DNA of 64,000 bases from Methanobacteriota archaeon (GTDB taxonomy: Archaea > Thermoplasmatota > Poseidoniia > Poseidoniales > Thalassarchaeaceae): positions 1,229-65,228 of the forward strand of contig JAOMRN010000001.1 of the NCBI GenBank assembly GCA_028355015.1, read 5' to 3'. The notes under the pieces are model-generated. The model saw only the letters and a program-made list of their open reading frames with translations, was not told the DNA's origin and did not search any database. Both the position numbers and the translations under genes were made by a program. This document shows positions 19,363 through 29,413 of the stretch, in pieces (position 1 is the first letter of the stretch; each line of letters starts with the position of its first letter).

Positions 19363-21661
19363 GTCTGTCCGCCCTAACTGGCACTTATCAAACCCTCTCC
19401 GGTACTACGTACCGCAAATGCGAGGCTTTCAAGACCCAAACACTTCTCGAGGGTATGATAACATGGTAAGCAGCGACGTGACTAGTAAGTCGAAATTCAT
19501 CTCAAATCCTCGTAGAATCCCTGCAATGGCACTTCTAATGCCTTTACTGCTCTCGGTTCTTGCACCTGTAGCATTGATTGCACCCGTTGGTGCTCAAGAA
19601 GCAAATGAAAACTTAGAACCTGAGGATATTTGGTCATTTACATATTCTAACCAAATTTTCCCCTGGGGCGGAAACGATCAGTTGCAATTTAGAGAATACC
19701 ATGATTATTTCACTATGAAGGATAGAATGCAACAACTCGCAGATCAAAATATGGAGATAATGAGTTTCCATGAAGGACTAGTTGGAGGTGTTAACGCACG
19801 TGGGCAAGAAATGACCGCAAATGATTACGAAGGTTGGTACTACAATCATGCAAGCCCTTGGGTTAAGATTACTGGTGGTGGTGAAGAATTAGAAGGTGTT
19901 GCGGGAGGAGAATGTAATGTCTTTGTCGGAGATTGTGGTAATTATGCAGATATTCCTGATGTAATGTTAGTTGGTAATCATCATGCTAGAGAGTGGATGT
20001 CCTATGAGGTACCTATGCTTTTCTTAGAGACGGTAGCTTACTACTATGGTATGGCCGGAGTTGATAATGATGGTGATGGACTAATTGATGAAGACGGTTG
20101 GGACGGAATAGATAACGATGGAGATTGTTCTCGGTTAAATGCTAGCGCTCAAGATAGTAATGGTGATGGAAATCCTTGTGGTCCTGGTGATCTTGGAGTC
20201 GATGAAGACTTTTCAGAACAATGGATTACTGATTTAGTCAATACACGTGAGATCTATCTGATTCCAATGCTGAATGTTGATGGAAATAGATATGATCGAG
20301 AAGAATACTGTGGAGAAAATGCATGGGAAACCTGTCCAACATCTGGTTGGAGAAAGAACCTTCGCGACAATACAGTAACGGGGGTAACTCCTCTTCCAGA
20401 TATTGATGAAGAAGTAGACCCATCCTGCGACGGAGTAGATTTGAATCGTAATTATCAGTTCGAGTGGGGGGCTCCTCTAGGTGCTACTGGGCCTCTGTTC
20501 CCTGGTATGTGTTATGCAGGTGAAGCTGGTGCAAACAATGACGTTTACAATGGCCCTGTTGATACAGTTGACCAAGATCAAGATGGTCGGTTAAATGAAG
20601 ATCATGTAGATGGTAAAGACGACGATGCAGATGGTATGGTTGACGAGGATTGGTTAGGTGGAAACAGCGAACCTGAGACAAAATTCATTCAAGATATGAC
20701 TGAGATGAATGATGATGATGGCGATGGAGCGTCCGAATTCAAGGCGACATTAACATGGCATTCATACTCAGAACTGGTATTATGGCCATGGGGTCATTGT
20801 ACTAATTGTTACTCTCCAGATGATGAATTCCTAGTATATCATGGAGTTAAGATGGGTGAGATGACTGATTATGCACCAATGCAATCTTCAGATCTATACC
20901 CTACTACAGGAGATTTCTGTGATTGGCATTATGGAGTTCATAACTCATATTGCTATACAATGGAAATCGGCACAGCGTTCCATCAACATCCAGATGATAT
21001 TGCTCATATCGCAGTAAGGAATCTAGGCGTTCCATTTTACATGATAGAAATGGCCGATGACCCTAGATATCGTGCTATTGTCGGTATTGAGAATACTACT
21101 GGTTCTCAATGGCTTGCACCTCCTGTGGATGTGTCTATACCGAAAAATGGAGAAATTCCTATTGATTTCTGTTTAGATGTTACTTTCCCTTACACTACAA
21201 ATATGACTTACACTCATCTAATGTGGAGGCTAGTAGAACCAAATCGCCAGCAAGATGATTTCGGTCCTACAGAATGGATAGAAGTTCCTTGGGAAATGTC
21301 TGGTTTTGAAGCATTGGGGACTTCATGTATTCTTTTAGATGGAAGTAACGGTACTGTATTACAGGCAAATATCCCTGTACCAGATAGCTCTGTTGGGAAA
21401 ATACACTACAAGGCAATGCTTGGCACCACTAATGGGGCATTCCCCTTCTCATATCCTACAATATCCGAAGGACCTAATTATTACGAATTATCCATACCTT
21501 ACAGAGCCTCTTTTGGTTCTTCAGTAATGGCATTATTGATGTTCGCTCTGATAGCAACAATGGTCTGGGGAGGACTTGGATATACGTTGAAAGAGATGTT
21601 TAACGATGATCGAGATGTACTCGGCCTACCCGAAGAAATGCGTACTAAGAGGGATGCTTAA
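19340..21661 (+). CDS. Secreted, membrane-anchored M14 zinc carboxypeptidase (true start probably ~19463-19526)
   Basis: HHAREW, NVDG, WRKN, GVDLNRNY, SEPET, HSYSE, TMEIG; signal peptide and C-terminal TM. Confidence 0.9.
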   Translation: MKSSSWFMSVRPNWHLSNPLRYYVPQMRGFQDPNTSRGYDNMVSSDVTSKSKFISNPRRIPAMALLMPLLLSVLAPVALIAPVGAQEANENLEPEDIWSFTYSNQIFPWGGNDQLQFREYHDYFTMKDRMQQLADQNMEIMSFHEGLVGGVNARGQEMTANDYEGWYYNHASPWVKITGGGEELEGVAGGECNVFVGDCGNYADIPDVMLVGNHHAREWMSYEVPMLFLETVAYYYGMAGVDNDGDGLIDEDGWDGIDNDGDCSRLNASAQDSNGDGNPCGPGDLGVDEDFSEQWITDLVNTREIYLIPMLNVDGNRYDREEYCGENAWETCPTSGWRKNLRDNTVTGVTPLPDIDEEVDPSCDGVDLNRNYQFEWGAPLGATGPLFPGMCYAGEAGANNDVYNGPVDTVDQDQDGRLNEDHVDGKDDDADGMVDEDWLGGNSEPETKFIQDMTEMNDDDGDGASEFKATLTWHSYSELVLWPWGHCTNCYSPDDEFLVYHGVKMGEMTDYAPMQSSDLYPTTGDFCDWHYGVHNSYCYTMEIGTAFHQHPDDIAHIAVRNLGVPFYMIEMADDPRYRAIVGIENTTGSQWLAPPVDVSIPKNGEIPIDFCLDVTFPYTTNMTYTHLMWRLVEPNRQQDDFGPTEWIEVPWEMSGFEALGTSCILLDGSNGTVLQANIPVPDSSVGKIHYKAMLGTTNGAFPFSYPTISEGPNYYELSIPYRASFGSSVMALLMFALIATMVWGGLGYTLKEMFNDDRDVLGLPEEMRTKRDA

Positions 21662-23445
21662 TGCAAGCATCAGGAGATTCTAGTTCAGACGAATTCAGTG
21701 GCCGACTAGGATTAATTTTTGCTACTATCGGTGCTGCTATTGGTACAGGTAACATTTGGCGATTCCCAAGAATGGTAGGTGCAAACGGAGGAGGTTCATT
21801 CCTAGTCCCATGGCTAATTTTCTTATTTTTATGGTCAGTTCCTTTGATTATTGCAGAATTTGCATTAGGTAAAAGAAGCCGCACAGGGACAGTCGGTACT
21901 TTCCGTATTTTCGCAGGTAACAAATTTGCTTGGATGGGGCTTTGGACTGCCTGGATTTCAACAGCAATCGGTTTCTATTATGCTGTAGTTACAGGTTGGT
22001 GCATCAACTACTTCCAAACAGCTATCCGTGGCGGTTTAGGCTCAGAGGTTGATACGGTTCAAGTATGGAACGATTTCCTTCAAGACCCGTTCCAAGTAAT
22101 TTTCTTCCAGTTAATTGCTGTTATGATTACAATGGCAGCAATTTGGAAAGGTGCTAAGGCAATAGAGAAAGTCAATGTGACATTGATGGTATCTCTTTTC
22201 ATTCTTTTATTTGCCGCATTATTCCTTTCATTTGTTATGGACTTAGATGATGGTACATTAGATGGATTTGTTTACATGTTTAGTATTCAACCAGGTTACC
22301 TTAGTCAACCTGAAACTTGGATAAATGGACTATCTCAATCTGCTTGGTCTTGTTCTGCAGGTATGGGTATGGCAATCACTTATTCCGTATATATGCGTAA
22401 AGATGAGGATACTACACTCAATGCTGCAACTATGTGTCTTGCAAACAATAGTATCTCAATAATTGCAGGTTTGACTGTAATGATGGCTGTATTCTCTGTT
22501 AGTGACGATCCTCTAGGTGCTGTAAGTGGCGGTAGTAGTGCGATTACTTTCTTAGTTCTTCCAGAAGTTTTTGCTCAGGCACCAGGTGGTCCTGTTGTCC
22601 AACTTCTAATGGTTACAATGTTTTTCTTAGCACTTTCATTTGCTGCTTTAACATCAATGATTTCGACTGTGGAACTTTGTGTGAGAAACTTTGTTGATCA
22701 TGGTATTGAGCGCCAAAAAGCAGTAGGTTTCACAACTCTTGCAATATTTTTGTTTGGTTTACCAAGTGCCGGTCTATGGATTCTTGTAGACCAAGATTCA
22801 GGTGTTGCGTTTCCACAGTTCTTAGAAGTCCAAGATCACATTTGGGGATATGGATTGATGTTCAGCGGATTATTTATTGCTTATTCAATCTGGAAATATG
22901 GATGGAACCAATATCGCGTATGGCAAGACGAGAATGATATTAGTGGATTTAATTTCAGAGAATATCTAGACAATGGAGTTTCTCCTTTCCGTGATGATTT
23001 CATTAATACAGGAGATAATGATTGGTGGATTGGTCGTTGGTGGGATTACATCATGTACCTTGGATTCCCAATAATGTTCGGTGTACTAATGCTATCATAT
23101 TTCAGTGATTTAATATTGAATGTACACGATCCTTGGAATCCAACTAATGCTCATGGGATTTCCATAATTCTATTATTCTGGGGAGTCACAGCAGGCCTAT
23201 TCATTAGTATGAATAAATATGTTTTAGTTAATCGTGTAACGTCATATAACGGCTCAATGTGGCCAGCGCGCTGGGACTTAGAACCTCGTCCGCTATACAG
23301 AAATGTACCAGATGGCGCAGAAGTATCGATTGATACACTACCGGGTGGAAATGATCCATTCATTGTAGAAGCAGGTGAGAACTTACCTGAGACATTCGTG
23401 AATGATTATGGGGAAACGCAAACCCATACACTTCATACTCAATAG
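21661..23445 (+). CDS. Sodium-dependent amino acid transporter (NSS/SNF family)
   Basis: GAAIGTGNIWRFP, GGGSFL; 1-bp overlap with the peptidase stop. Confidence 0.92.
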   Translation: MQASGDSSSDEFSGRLGLIFATIGAAIGTGNIWRFPRMVGANGGGSFLVPWLIFLFLWSVPLIIAEFALGKRSRTGTVGTFRIFAGNKFAWMGLWTAWISTAIGFYYAVVTGWCINYFQTAIRGGLGSEVDTVQVWNDFLQDPFQVIFFQLIAVMITMAAIWKGAKAIEKVNVTLMVSLFILLFAALFLSFVMDLDDGTLDGFVYMFSIQPGYLSQPETWINGLSQSAWSCSAGMGMAITYSVYMRKDEDTTLNAATMCLANNSISIIAGLTVMMAVFSVSDDPLGAVSGGSSAITFLVLPEVFAQAPGGPVVQLLMVTMFFLALSFAALTSMISTVELCVRNFVDHGIERQKAVGFTTLAIFLFGLPSAGLWILVDQDSGVAFPQFLEVQDHIWGYGLMFSGLFIAYSIWKYGWNQYRVWQDENDISGFNFREYLDNGVSPFRDDFINTGDNDWWIGRWWDYIMYLGFPIMFGVLMLSYFSDLILNVHDPWNPTNAHGISIILLFWGVTAGLFISMNKYVLVNRVTSYNGSMWPARWDLEPRPLYRNVPDGAEVSIDTLPGGNDPFIVEAGENLPETFVNDYGETQTHTLHTQ

Positions 23446-23456
23446 TTATCAAACTC

Positions 23457-23945
23457 GTGAATAAAATGTCCAAATTTGTAAGTGATGAATATCCTTGGTC
23501 TAAGTTATTACGAGAGTATGTGATGTATTGTGCTGTAGGCTGTATTAACGTAGCAATTTTCTTTGCATTATATTGGTTCTTTTCGAATTTTCTTACAGTA
23601 ACAGATTCTCCTGAGACATTTGGTTGGGCTGTTTCTTTCTTGATCAGTTCAGCTCAGGCGTTTGTTTTACATCGCTGGCTGACTTTCGAATCTGAGTCTG
23701 AAATCCGATCTAGTTTCAGTAAAATGATGATTGTATATGGTGTACTATGGGTTGTTTCAACTATCGCTTTCTACTTATTGGTAGAAGTTATTGAGTTGGA
23801 TGAATTTATCTCTTGGGGTATCAATACAGCAGCATTTGGATTTTTCACATTCCTAGGTCTCAGGTTCTTTGCATTTCCACTTTCTGATGGTAGGGTAACT
23901 CGTAAGGAAAGGCTCGATAATTTCCGTGAACGACGTAAGGCTTGA
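23457..23945 (+). CDS. GtrA family membrane protein
   Basis: Four TM; YCAVG, FVLHRWLTF, RFFAF. Confidence 0.75.
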   Translation: MNKMSKFVSDEYPWSKLLREYVMYCAVGCINVAIFFALYWFFSNFLTVTDSPETFGWAVSFLISSAQAFVLHRWLTFESESEIRSSFSKMMIVYGVLWVVSTIAFYLLVEVIELDEFISWGINTAAFGFFTFLGLRFFAFPLSDGRVTRKERLDNFRERRKA

Positions 23946-23970
23946 AGTGGCCTTGTTTGTTGGAATAACC

Positions 23971-25227
23971 GTGGCACAAGGCGTTCGAGGTACTCGAGAC
24001 TTCTATCCTGAGGAGATGAGGTTGCGAAATTGGCTGTTCGATAATTTCGATGATGCGGCTCTATTGCACGGTTTTGAGGAATATGATGCTCCTGTTCTCG
24101 AGCATGAGGAATTGTATACAAGGAAACAAGGAGAAGAAATCACTCAACAACTGTATAACTTTCAAGACAAAGGTGATCGTAAGGTCGCATTAAGACCTGA
24201 AATGACTCCTTCCTTGGCCCGGATGGTAATGTCAAGAGCCGGTGCTTTGCCTATGCCAATCAAATGGTATTCCATACCTCAATGTTGGAGATATGAGAGA
24301 ACTCAAAGAGGTAGAGGGCGAGAACATTATCAGTGGAATGTAGATATCTGGGGGACAAATGAAATTTCAGCAGATGCTGAGTTAATTTCCGTTCTAGTTA
24401 CCTTCTTTGAAGGAGTAGGATTAACTGAAGAAGACTTAGTAATTCGTATGAGTAGTAGAAAGGTTCTGGAAGAGGTATTGGGTTCACTCGGTATTGTAGG
24501 GGATATGTTCGCTCAAACTTGTATAATAGTCGATAAAATGGATAAATTACCTGCAGATGTTGTGAGTGAACAATTATCGGCTTTAGGTATTGAAGATAAT
24601 GCAATAAAGACAATACAGTCAACACTTGGTATCAAAGATATGGATTCTCTCAGAAGTATGTTAGGAGAAGAAAGCCCTGCAGTTCTTGAGTTAACAAGTT
24701 TGTTTTCTGCTCTCGAAGCCTATGGGATCTCAGAATGGATAGAATTTGATGCATCTATTGTCCGTGGCCTTGCATACTATACTGGGCCTGTATTCGAAGC
24801 TCATGATAGAGCAGGAGAATTACGTGCAATTTGTGGTGGTGGGAGATATGACAAATTACTTTCAACATTAGGTGGTAAAGATTTACCCGCAACTGGATTT
24901 GGTTTTGGTGATATGGTAATTATGGAACTATTAGCCGAGAAAGGATTAGTTCCAGAATTAACAAGTGGAAATGATGATGTTGTAATTTCGTTAAGTCCTG
25001 AACTAAGAAATGCCGCAATGCACGTCGCATCATCTCTTAGGGCAACAGGTCGATCTGTCGATTTAGTTCTCGAGAATAAAAGATTGAAATGGGCTTTCAA
25101 ACATGCCGAAAGATCAGGTGCTCAACGTCTTGTTATGGTTATGCCAGATGAATGGAAAGATGGTAAAGTCCGAATCAAAGATTTAGAGACAGGCGAAGAA
25201 ACCAATGTAGACGTCGAATCTCTTTGA
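23971..25227 (+). CDS. hisS: Histidine-tRNA ligase (GTG start inferred at 23971)
   Basis: RGTRDF, LRPEMTPSLAR, WRYER, VRGLAYYTG, GGGRYD, GFGFG. Confidence 0.95.
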   Translation: MAQGVRGTRDFYPEEMRLRNWLFDNFDDAALLHGFEEYDAPVLEHEELYTRKQGEEITQQLYNFQDKGDRKVALRPEMTPSLARMVMSRAGALPMPIKWYSIPQCWRYERTQRGRGREHYQWNVDIWGTNEISADAELISVLVTFFEGVGLTEEDLVIRMSSRKVLEEVLGSLGIVGDMFAQTCIIVDKMDKLPADVVSEQLSALGIEDNAIKTIQSTLGIKDMDSLRSMLGEESPAVLELTSLFSALEAYGISEWIEFDASIVRGLAYYTGPVFEAHDRAGELRAICGGGRYDKLLSTLGGKDLPATGFGFGDMVIMELLAEKGLVPELTSGNDDVVISLSPELRNAAMHVASSLRATGRSVDLVLENKRLKWAFKHAERSGAQRLVMVMPDEWKDGKVRIKDLETGEETNVDVESL

Positions 25228-25255
25228 TATTCGTGATTAAAGGAGAGAATGTAAG

Positions 25256-26053
25256 ATGTCTGAGATAAAATTCCGTAAAAGCGATAAAAAAATGACCACA
25301 TTTGAGGTAATGAAACAAACATTTACGTTTGTTTCTGTAATCTGTATTTTTGATTTTATGTTCTATATGATGTATCTTCAAGAAGGTACAATAGCTAGTC
25401 TAATTCCTATGATTGTTTGCGGTTTACCACTGAGCTTGATTCTTCTTCTTCTCCTAATACAATCTATGAAGCATTTCCTCGGTTTCGGTCACATGGTTAT
25501 TACAAGTGATAATGAAATGGTGCTCAGGACCTCAAGTTCAGGTCGGGAAAAAACTAGTAGATTCTCATCTCTTAGTAAGATGATAACAAATCCAATGGCT
25601 AAAATGATGATGAGAGAAGCAGATAAAGATGGTGATGGACAAATATCTTTCGATGAATATATCGATATGGCCTTCGATGATTTAAGCATAAACGAGAAAC
25701 CTTGGGAATGGGACTTTAAGATGGCTTATGAAAGAATCTCGAAACAATTTGATTTGCCTTCTGGCGATCTCCCTATATCTTTCGAAGATTTTAGTATCTA
25801 TACTGATTCAGAAGATAGAACTAATTTCGATGAAATAGATATCGATAATGATGGTTTTATTACCAAGGAGCAGTTAATTGATTATTTCTGGGAACAAGGT
25901 AAATCTGAATTTACTGAGCTTAGGATAGAATTCGATAAATATGACGTAGATGGAAATGGTTACCTATCTTTAGAAGAATTGAGTACACTAATTTCATCTG
26001 GTCATCACGAAAATTGGGCAGAAGAAAAGACCAATAATTGGTGGTCTGAATAG
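25256..26053 (+). CDS. Membrane protein with EF-hand calcium-binding motifs
   Basis: Two N-terminal TM; DKDGDGQISFDE, DIDNDGFITKEQ, DVDGNGYLSLEE. Confidence 0.8.
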   Translation: MSEIKFRKSDKKMTTFEVMKQTFTFVSVICIFDFMFYMMYLQEGTIASLIPMIVCGLPLSLILLLLLIQSMKHFLGFGHMVITSDNEMVLRTSSSGREKTSRFSSLSKMITNPMAKMMMREADKDGDGQISFDEYIDMAFDDLSINEKPWEWDFKMAYERISKQFDLPSGDLPISFEDFSIYTDSEDRTNFDEIDIDNDGFITKEQLIDYFWEQGKSEFTELRIEFDKYDVDGNGYLSLEELSTLISSGHHENWAEEKTNNWWSE

Positions 26054-26055
26054 AA

Positions 26056-26946
26056 CTAGTCGTCAACATTTCTGTTTTCTAGGAACTCTTTCAATCTATC
26101 TTGAAAATTCCAAATACCAATTGTTATTATGATAAATGTAGACAATACTAACCACATTCTTGTTTTAACTTTAATTTCCATAGAGAGTGACTCATAACAC
26201 TCGTCACTATTTTCATCTCCTATTTCAACAATTATTATACAAGAATCTAATGTTCTGAGTAAGTAAATAGGAGTAGATATCTCAAACCTACATTTTTCAC
26301 TGATAATATTCTCATCTGGATTACTTTCTATTAAACAATTTTTTTGTTTATATGAAAATCCTGTTGGTAATGATCTAGACTCACTATCTCTATCAATCAT
26401 TAATATCTGAAATTCTTTAGTAAATTCGTTATTGGCGTGACAGTCTATTCTTGATGATATGACTATCGGTGCACCCGCATTAACAACTAATAGCTGATGT
26501 TCTAACTCATATTGGCAATCAATATACTCATTTACATTAATTATCACATTGTAACTTTCAGGATTTCCGATATAGTTGACAGAATTTACTTTAGTAATTA
26601 CAGCATCAATTCTAGATTCATGTTCTCCAGATCTTGTATCGATATCTCCTCCATATGTGACTGAGAAAGTCCAAGAACTACCCCGATTAACAGTAAAATC
26701 ATTAGGAGCCACTGTACTAAGAACACCTCCTTGAACTGTAATCTGGACTGTGATAACGTGAACTGTTGGATTTTCTACCTCACAGAAAATATATGCTGTT
26801 TTTTGTTTTCCATCTACTGACATGTTAGTAGAATCATTACATGTTAGTATTATTTCAGGTTCTACTTGCGCTTCAGCACTTGGAATATAAGAATTCAATG
26901 ATACAGAAATTACTAGGAAAGTCATGATTAAACTTAATCTAGACAA
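26056..26946 (-). CDS. Exported, C-terminally anchored beta-rich protein (possibly choice-of-anchor T-like)
   Basis: Signal peptide, CEVENPT motif, C-terminal TM; family call is from recall. Confidence 0.5.
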   Translation of the reverse strand: MSRLSLIMTFLVISVSLNSYIPSAEAQVEPEIILTCNDSTNMSVDGKQKTAYIFCEVENPTVHVITVQITVQGGVLSTVAPNDFTVNRGSSWTFSVTYGGDIDTRSGEHESRIDAVITKVNSVNYIGNPESYNVIINVNEYIDCQYELEHQLLVVNAGAPIVISSRIDCHANNEFTKEFQILMIDRDSESRSLPTGFSYKQKNCLIESNPDENIISEKCRFEISTPIYLLRTLDSCIIIVEIGDENSDECYESLSMEIKVKTRMWLVLSTFIIITIGIWNFQDRLKEFLENRNVDD

Positions 26947-27057
26947 GAATCAACCCTCAGCAAACCTAACTCTTAGAAAGTTTAGGCATTAAAATATACT
27001 AACGCTCTGTAGTATAAATAGATTGAGCCGTCATTTAGTATGATACAGCAATCTAAT

Positions 27058-27879
27058 TTATTCTTCTCTTCTATTGATTCTAGAACCTGCTACTGCAGCC
27101 ATTGCAAGAGCAGCCATACCTGCCATTAATCCGAATCCTGGTAATGCGTCACTGACAGCCCCGAGACCGCCTTCATCATCATCTCCACCGTCGGGCATTG
27201 ATTGATTAATTATAGGGAATTCCACAATTCCCGTATCACTACCATTTGTTGTAGCATAGTACATTCGGAAAGATCCTCCGCATACGAATATCCAACATTG
27301 ACCAGCAGGAGCGTTATAACCTGGTTTTGAATATTGTACTCTTAGTTGTGGTTCTTCTCCGCTTCTATTGAATCTTGTCATATTCCTATCGACATCTATA
27401 TCCCAAGTTACTGAATCATCATTACCATTATTAGCTGTCGCTGGAAATTCCTGCATTGCTAATTCAATTCCTCCTTTGTATAAAGTTAAAGTTAGATTTT
27501 GACATTCGCTTTGATCATTGCAATTATCTGAATCAATCTGAAAGTCTAGTTTTACTTGTATAGTTCCGTTTTCATTCAAATACACATCTTGTTTGAAGTT
27601 ATCACTAATTCTACAAGTATAATCCATCTCTATTTGTTGATTTATCTGCTCTGGCCACACTTGCTCCCCATAACCTTCCTCTGCAGAACCTGTAGTATCA
27701 TTTCCATCAAAGTGCATAAAACAATTTGATAAGTCACTATTTCCATAAATATGCATATGAGGATTATCTACAGATGGTTGCTTAGGATCAACAAATTGTG
27801 CCGATGTAGGAGCACCGATTGAACTTACTAGAAGTAAGACGACTAATGCCGCCGACTGTAACCTAAGGTTGGTTGCCAT
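27058..27879 (-). CDS. Secreted protein with PGF-CTERM sorting signal
   Basis: Signal peptide; C-terminus LPGFG + hydrophobic helix + basic tail (RINRREE). Confidence 0.75.
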   Translation of the reverse strand: MATNLRLQSAALVVLLLVSSIGAPTSAQFVDPKQPSVDNPHMHIYGNSDLSNCFMHFDGNDTTGSAEEGYGEQVWPEQINQQIEMDYTCRISDNFKQDVYLNENGTIQVKLDFQIDSDNCNDQSECQNLTLTLYKGGIELAMQEFPATANNGNDDSVTWDIDVDRNMTRFNRSGEEPQLRVQYSKPGYNAPAGQCWIFVCGGSFRMYYATTNGSDTGIVEFPIINQSMPDGGDDDEGGLGAVSDALPGFGLMAGMAALAMAAVAGSRINRREE

Positions 27880-27932
27880 GAACTACCGTCGATACCCGTA
27901 TGGTTTGAAACTTACCGGTACTCGATTGCAGA

Positions 27933-29060
27933 TTAATCGAATCTTTGGATTCTTTGATTACCTTGATTTGTGGCCTTTCTGGCTATATTTAGGGCTTCTC
28001 CAAGCATATCTGCACTGACTAACTCTTGATCTAACCTCTTATTTGCAACACCAGTAATTATTGACATAACTTTGATTGTATCTCCGAAAGCAGGATCATG
28101 TCTTGCTCCGAATATCACTTGTGCTGTCGGAGATAGCTTTGAAGTCATCAAATCACAGACCTGATTTGCTTGTTCTAGAGTCATATATGGCCCTCCTGTA
28201 ACATGTATTAATGCTCCAGTTGCACCTTCAATATCAATATCTAATAATGGATGATTAAGAGATTCATGTACTACTTCTTCAGGCCCTTGATCTGATTCAC
28301 CATAAAGCATCATTGTAACTCCTCCTCCTTTCATGATAGTTCGAACATCTGCGAAATCAAGATTGATTAGACTAGGTAGAGTAATTGTTTCCACAACTCC
28401 CTTGACAATCTCTGCAATTAATTGATCCATTATACTGAATGCTTCATCAAGTGGCATATTAGGAACGAAATGCAGTAATCTATTGTTATCTAGAACGAGA
28501 ACTGCATCTGCTTCTTTCCTCAATAAGTCTAGCCCTTCTAGTGCTCTTGACATTCTTTGTTTCCTTTCAACTGTAAAAGGAGTTGTCACGATTGCGACAA
28601 CCAAGGCCCCTGCACGCCTTGCTTCATCTGCCACAATCGGAGCAATTCCTGTGCCGGTTCCCCCTCCTAATCCGGCGGTAACGAAAACTAAGTCAGCCCC
28701 TGTGACTATTTTCGAAATTACATCGCGTCCTGCTTCGGCGCATCTTCGACCCATTATCGGGTCACCTCCAGCTCCAAGTCCGCGTGTAATATGACGTCCT
28801 ACAAGCAGCTTTTGCATTGCCCTTGTATGATCTAAGTGTTGTTTATCGGTATTGATTGCTACAGTAATAGCTCCTTCAACTCCAATATGTGTAATGCGAT
28901 TCATTGTGTTATTTCCAGAACCGCCGCATCCACAAACTAGTATTCGTGGGTCAGGTGTTCCGAACGATTCTAGTTCACGATCACGGAGTGCTGTAGGGAT
29001 TCGTCCTGAAGTCGTAGTACGGCCATCCATACCAACTGAACCTTGAGGTAATCCTGACAT
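27933..29060 (-). CDS. ftsZ: Cell division protein FtsZ (FtsZ2-like)
   Basis: [34 protein letters not shown]. Confidence 0.95.
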   Translation of the reverse strand: MSGLPQGSVGMDGRTTTSGRIPTALRDRELESFGTPDPRILVCGCGGSGNNTMNRITHIGVEGAITVAINTDKQHLDHTRAMQKLLVGRHITRGLGAGGDPIMGRRCAEAGRDVISKIVTGADLVFVTAGLGGGTGTGIAPIVADEARRAGALVVAIVTTPFTVERKQRMSRALEGLDLLRKEADAVLVLDNNRLLHFVPNMPLDEAFSIMDQLIAEIVKGVVETITLPSLINLDFADVRTIMKGGGVTMMLYGESDQGPEEVVHESLNHPLLDIDIEGATGALIHVTGGPYMTLEQANQVCDLMTSKLSPTAQVIFGARHDPAFGDTIKVMSIITGVANKRLDQELVSADMLGEALNIARKATNQGNQRIQRFD

Positions 29061-29287
29061 TATATCTCCCCGTGCATCCCCGGCATTACTGCCTTACAAA
29101 TCATCAATGCAATTCTTAGTATTATTAACAGTTGAGGATAATCATAGGTCTAAGAGGCCGATTATCGCAGTAGATTATCAGAACCAGATATGTGTTTTTT
29201 CTCAGATTTTTAAATCATTATTTTTTTTGGATTTTCGAATTGCGACCGGAAATCAACATAAGGCGATGGTGCCTCCAAGGCTTCGTC

Positions 29288-29391
29288 CCGCGCTTAGCTC
29301 AGTTGGCTAGAGCACCTGACTGTAGACTGGAAACACATGGTTGTAGGCAGCCATCAGGGGGTCCCCGGTTCAAGTCCGGGAGCGCGGACCA
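29288..29391 (+). tRNA. tRNA-Tyr(GTA) with a 27-nt intron (29326-29352) at position 37/38 and encoded CCA
   Basis: Acceptor CCGCGCT/AGCGCGG; D-stem GCTC/GAGC; anticodon stem CCTGA/TCAGG; GTA at 29322-29324; T-arm CCCGG-TTCAAGT-CCGGG; bulge-helix-bulge with CTGT:GCAG central helix. Confidence 0.95.
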
Positions 29392-29413
29392 TAATATCAT
29401 CAGATTAGGTAAC

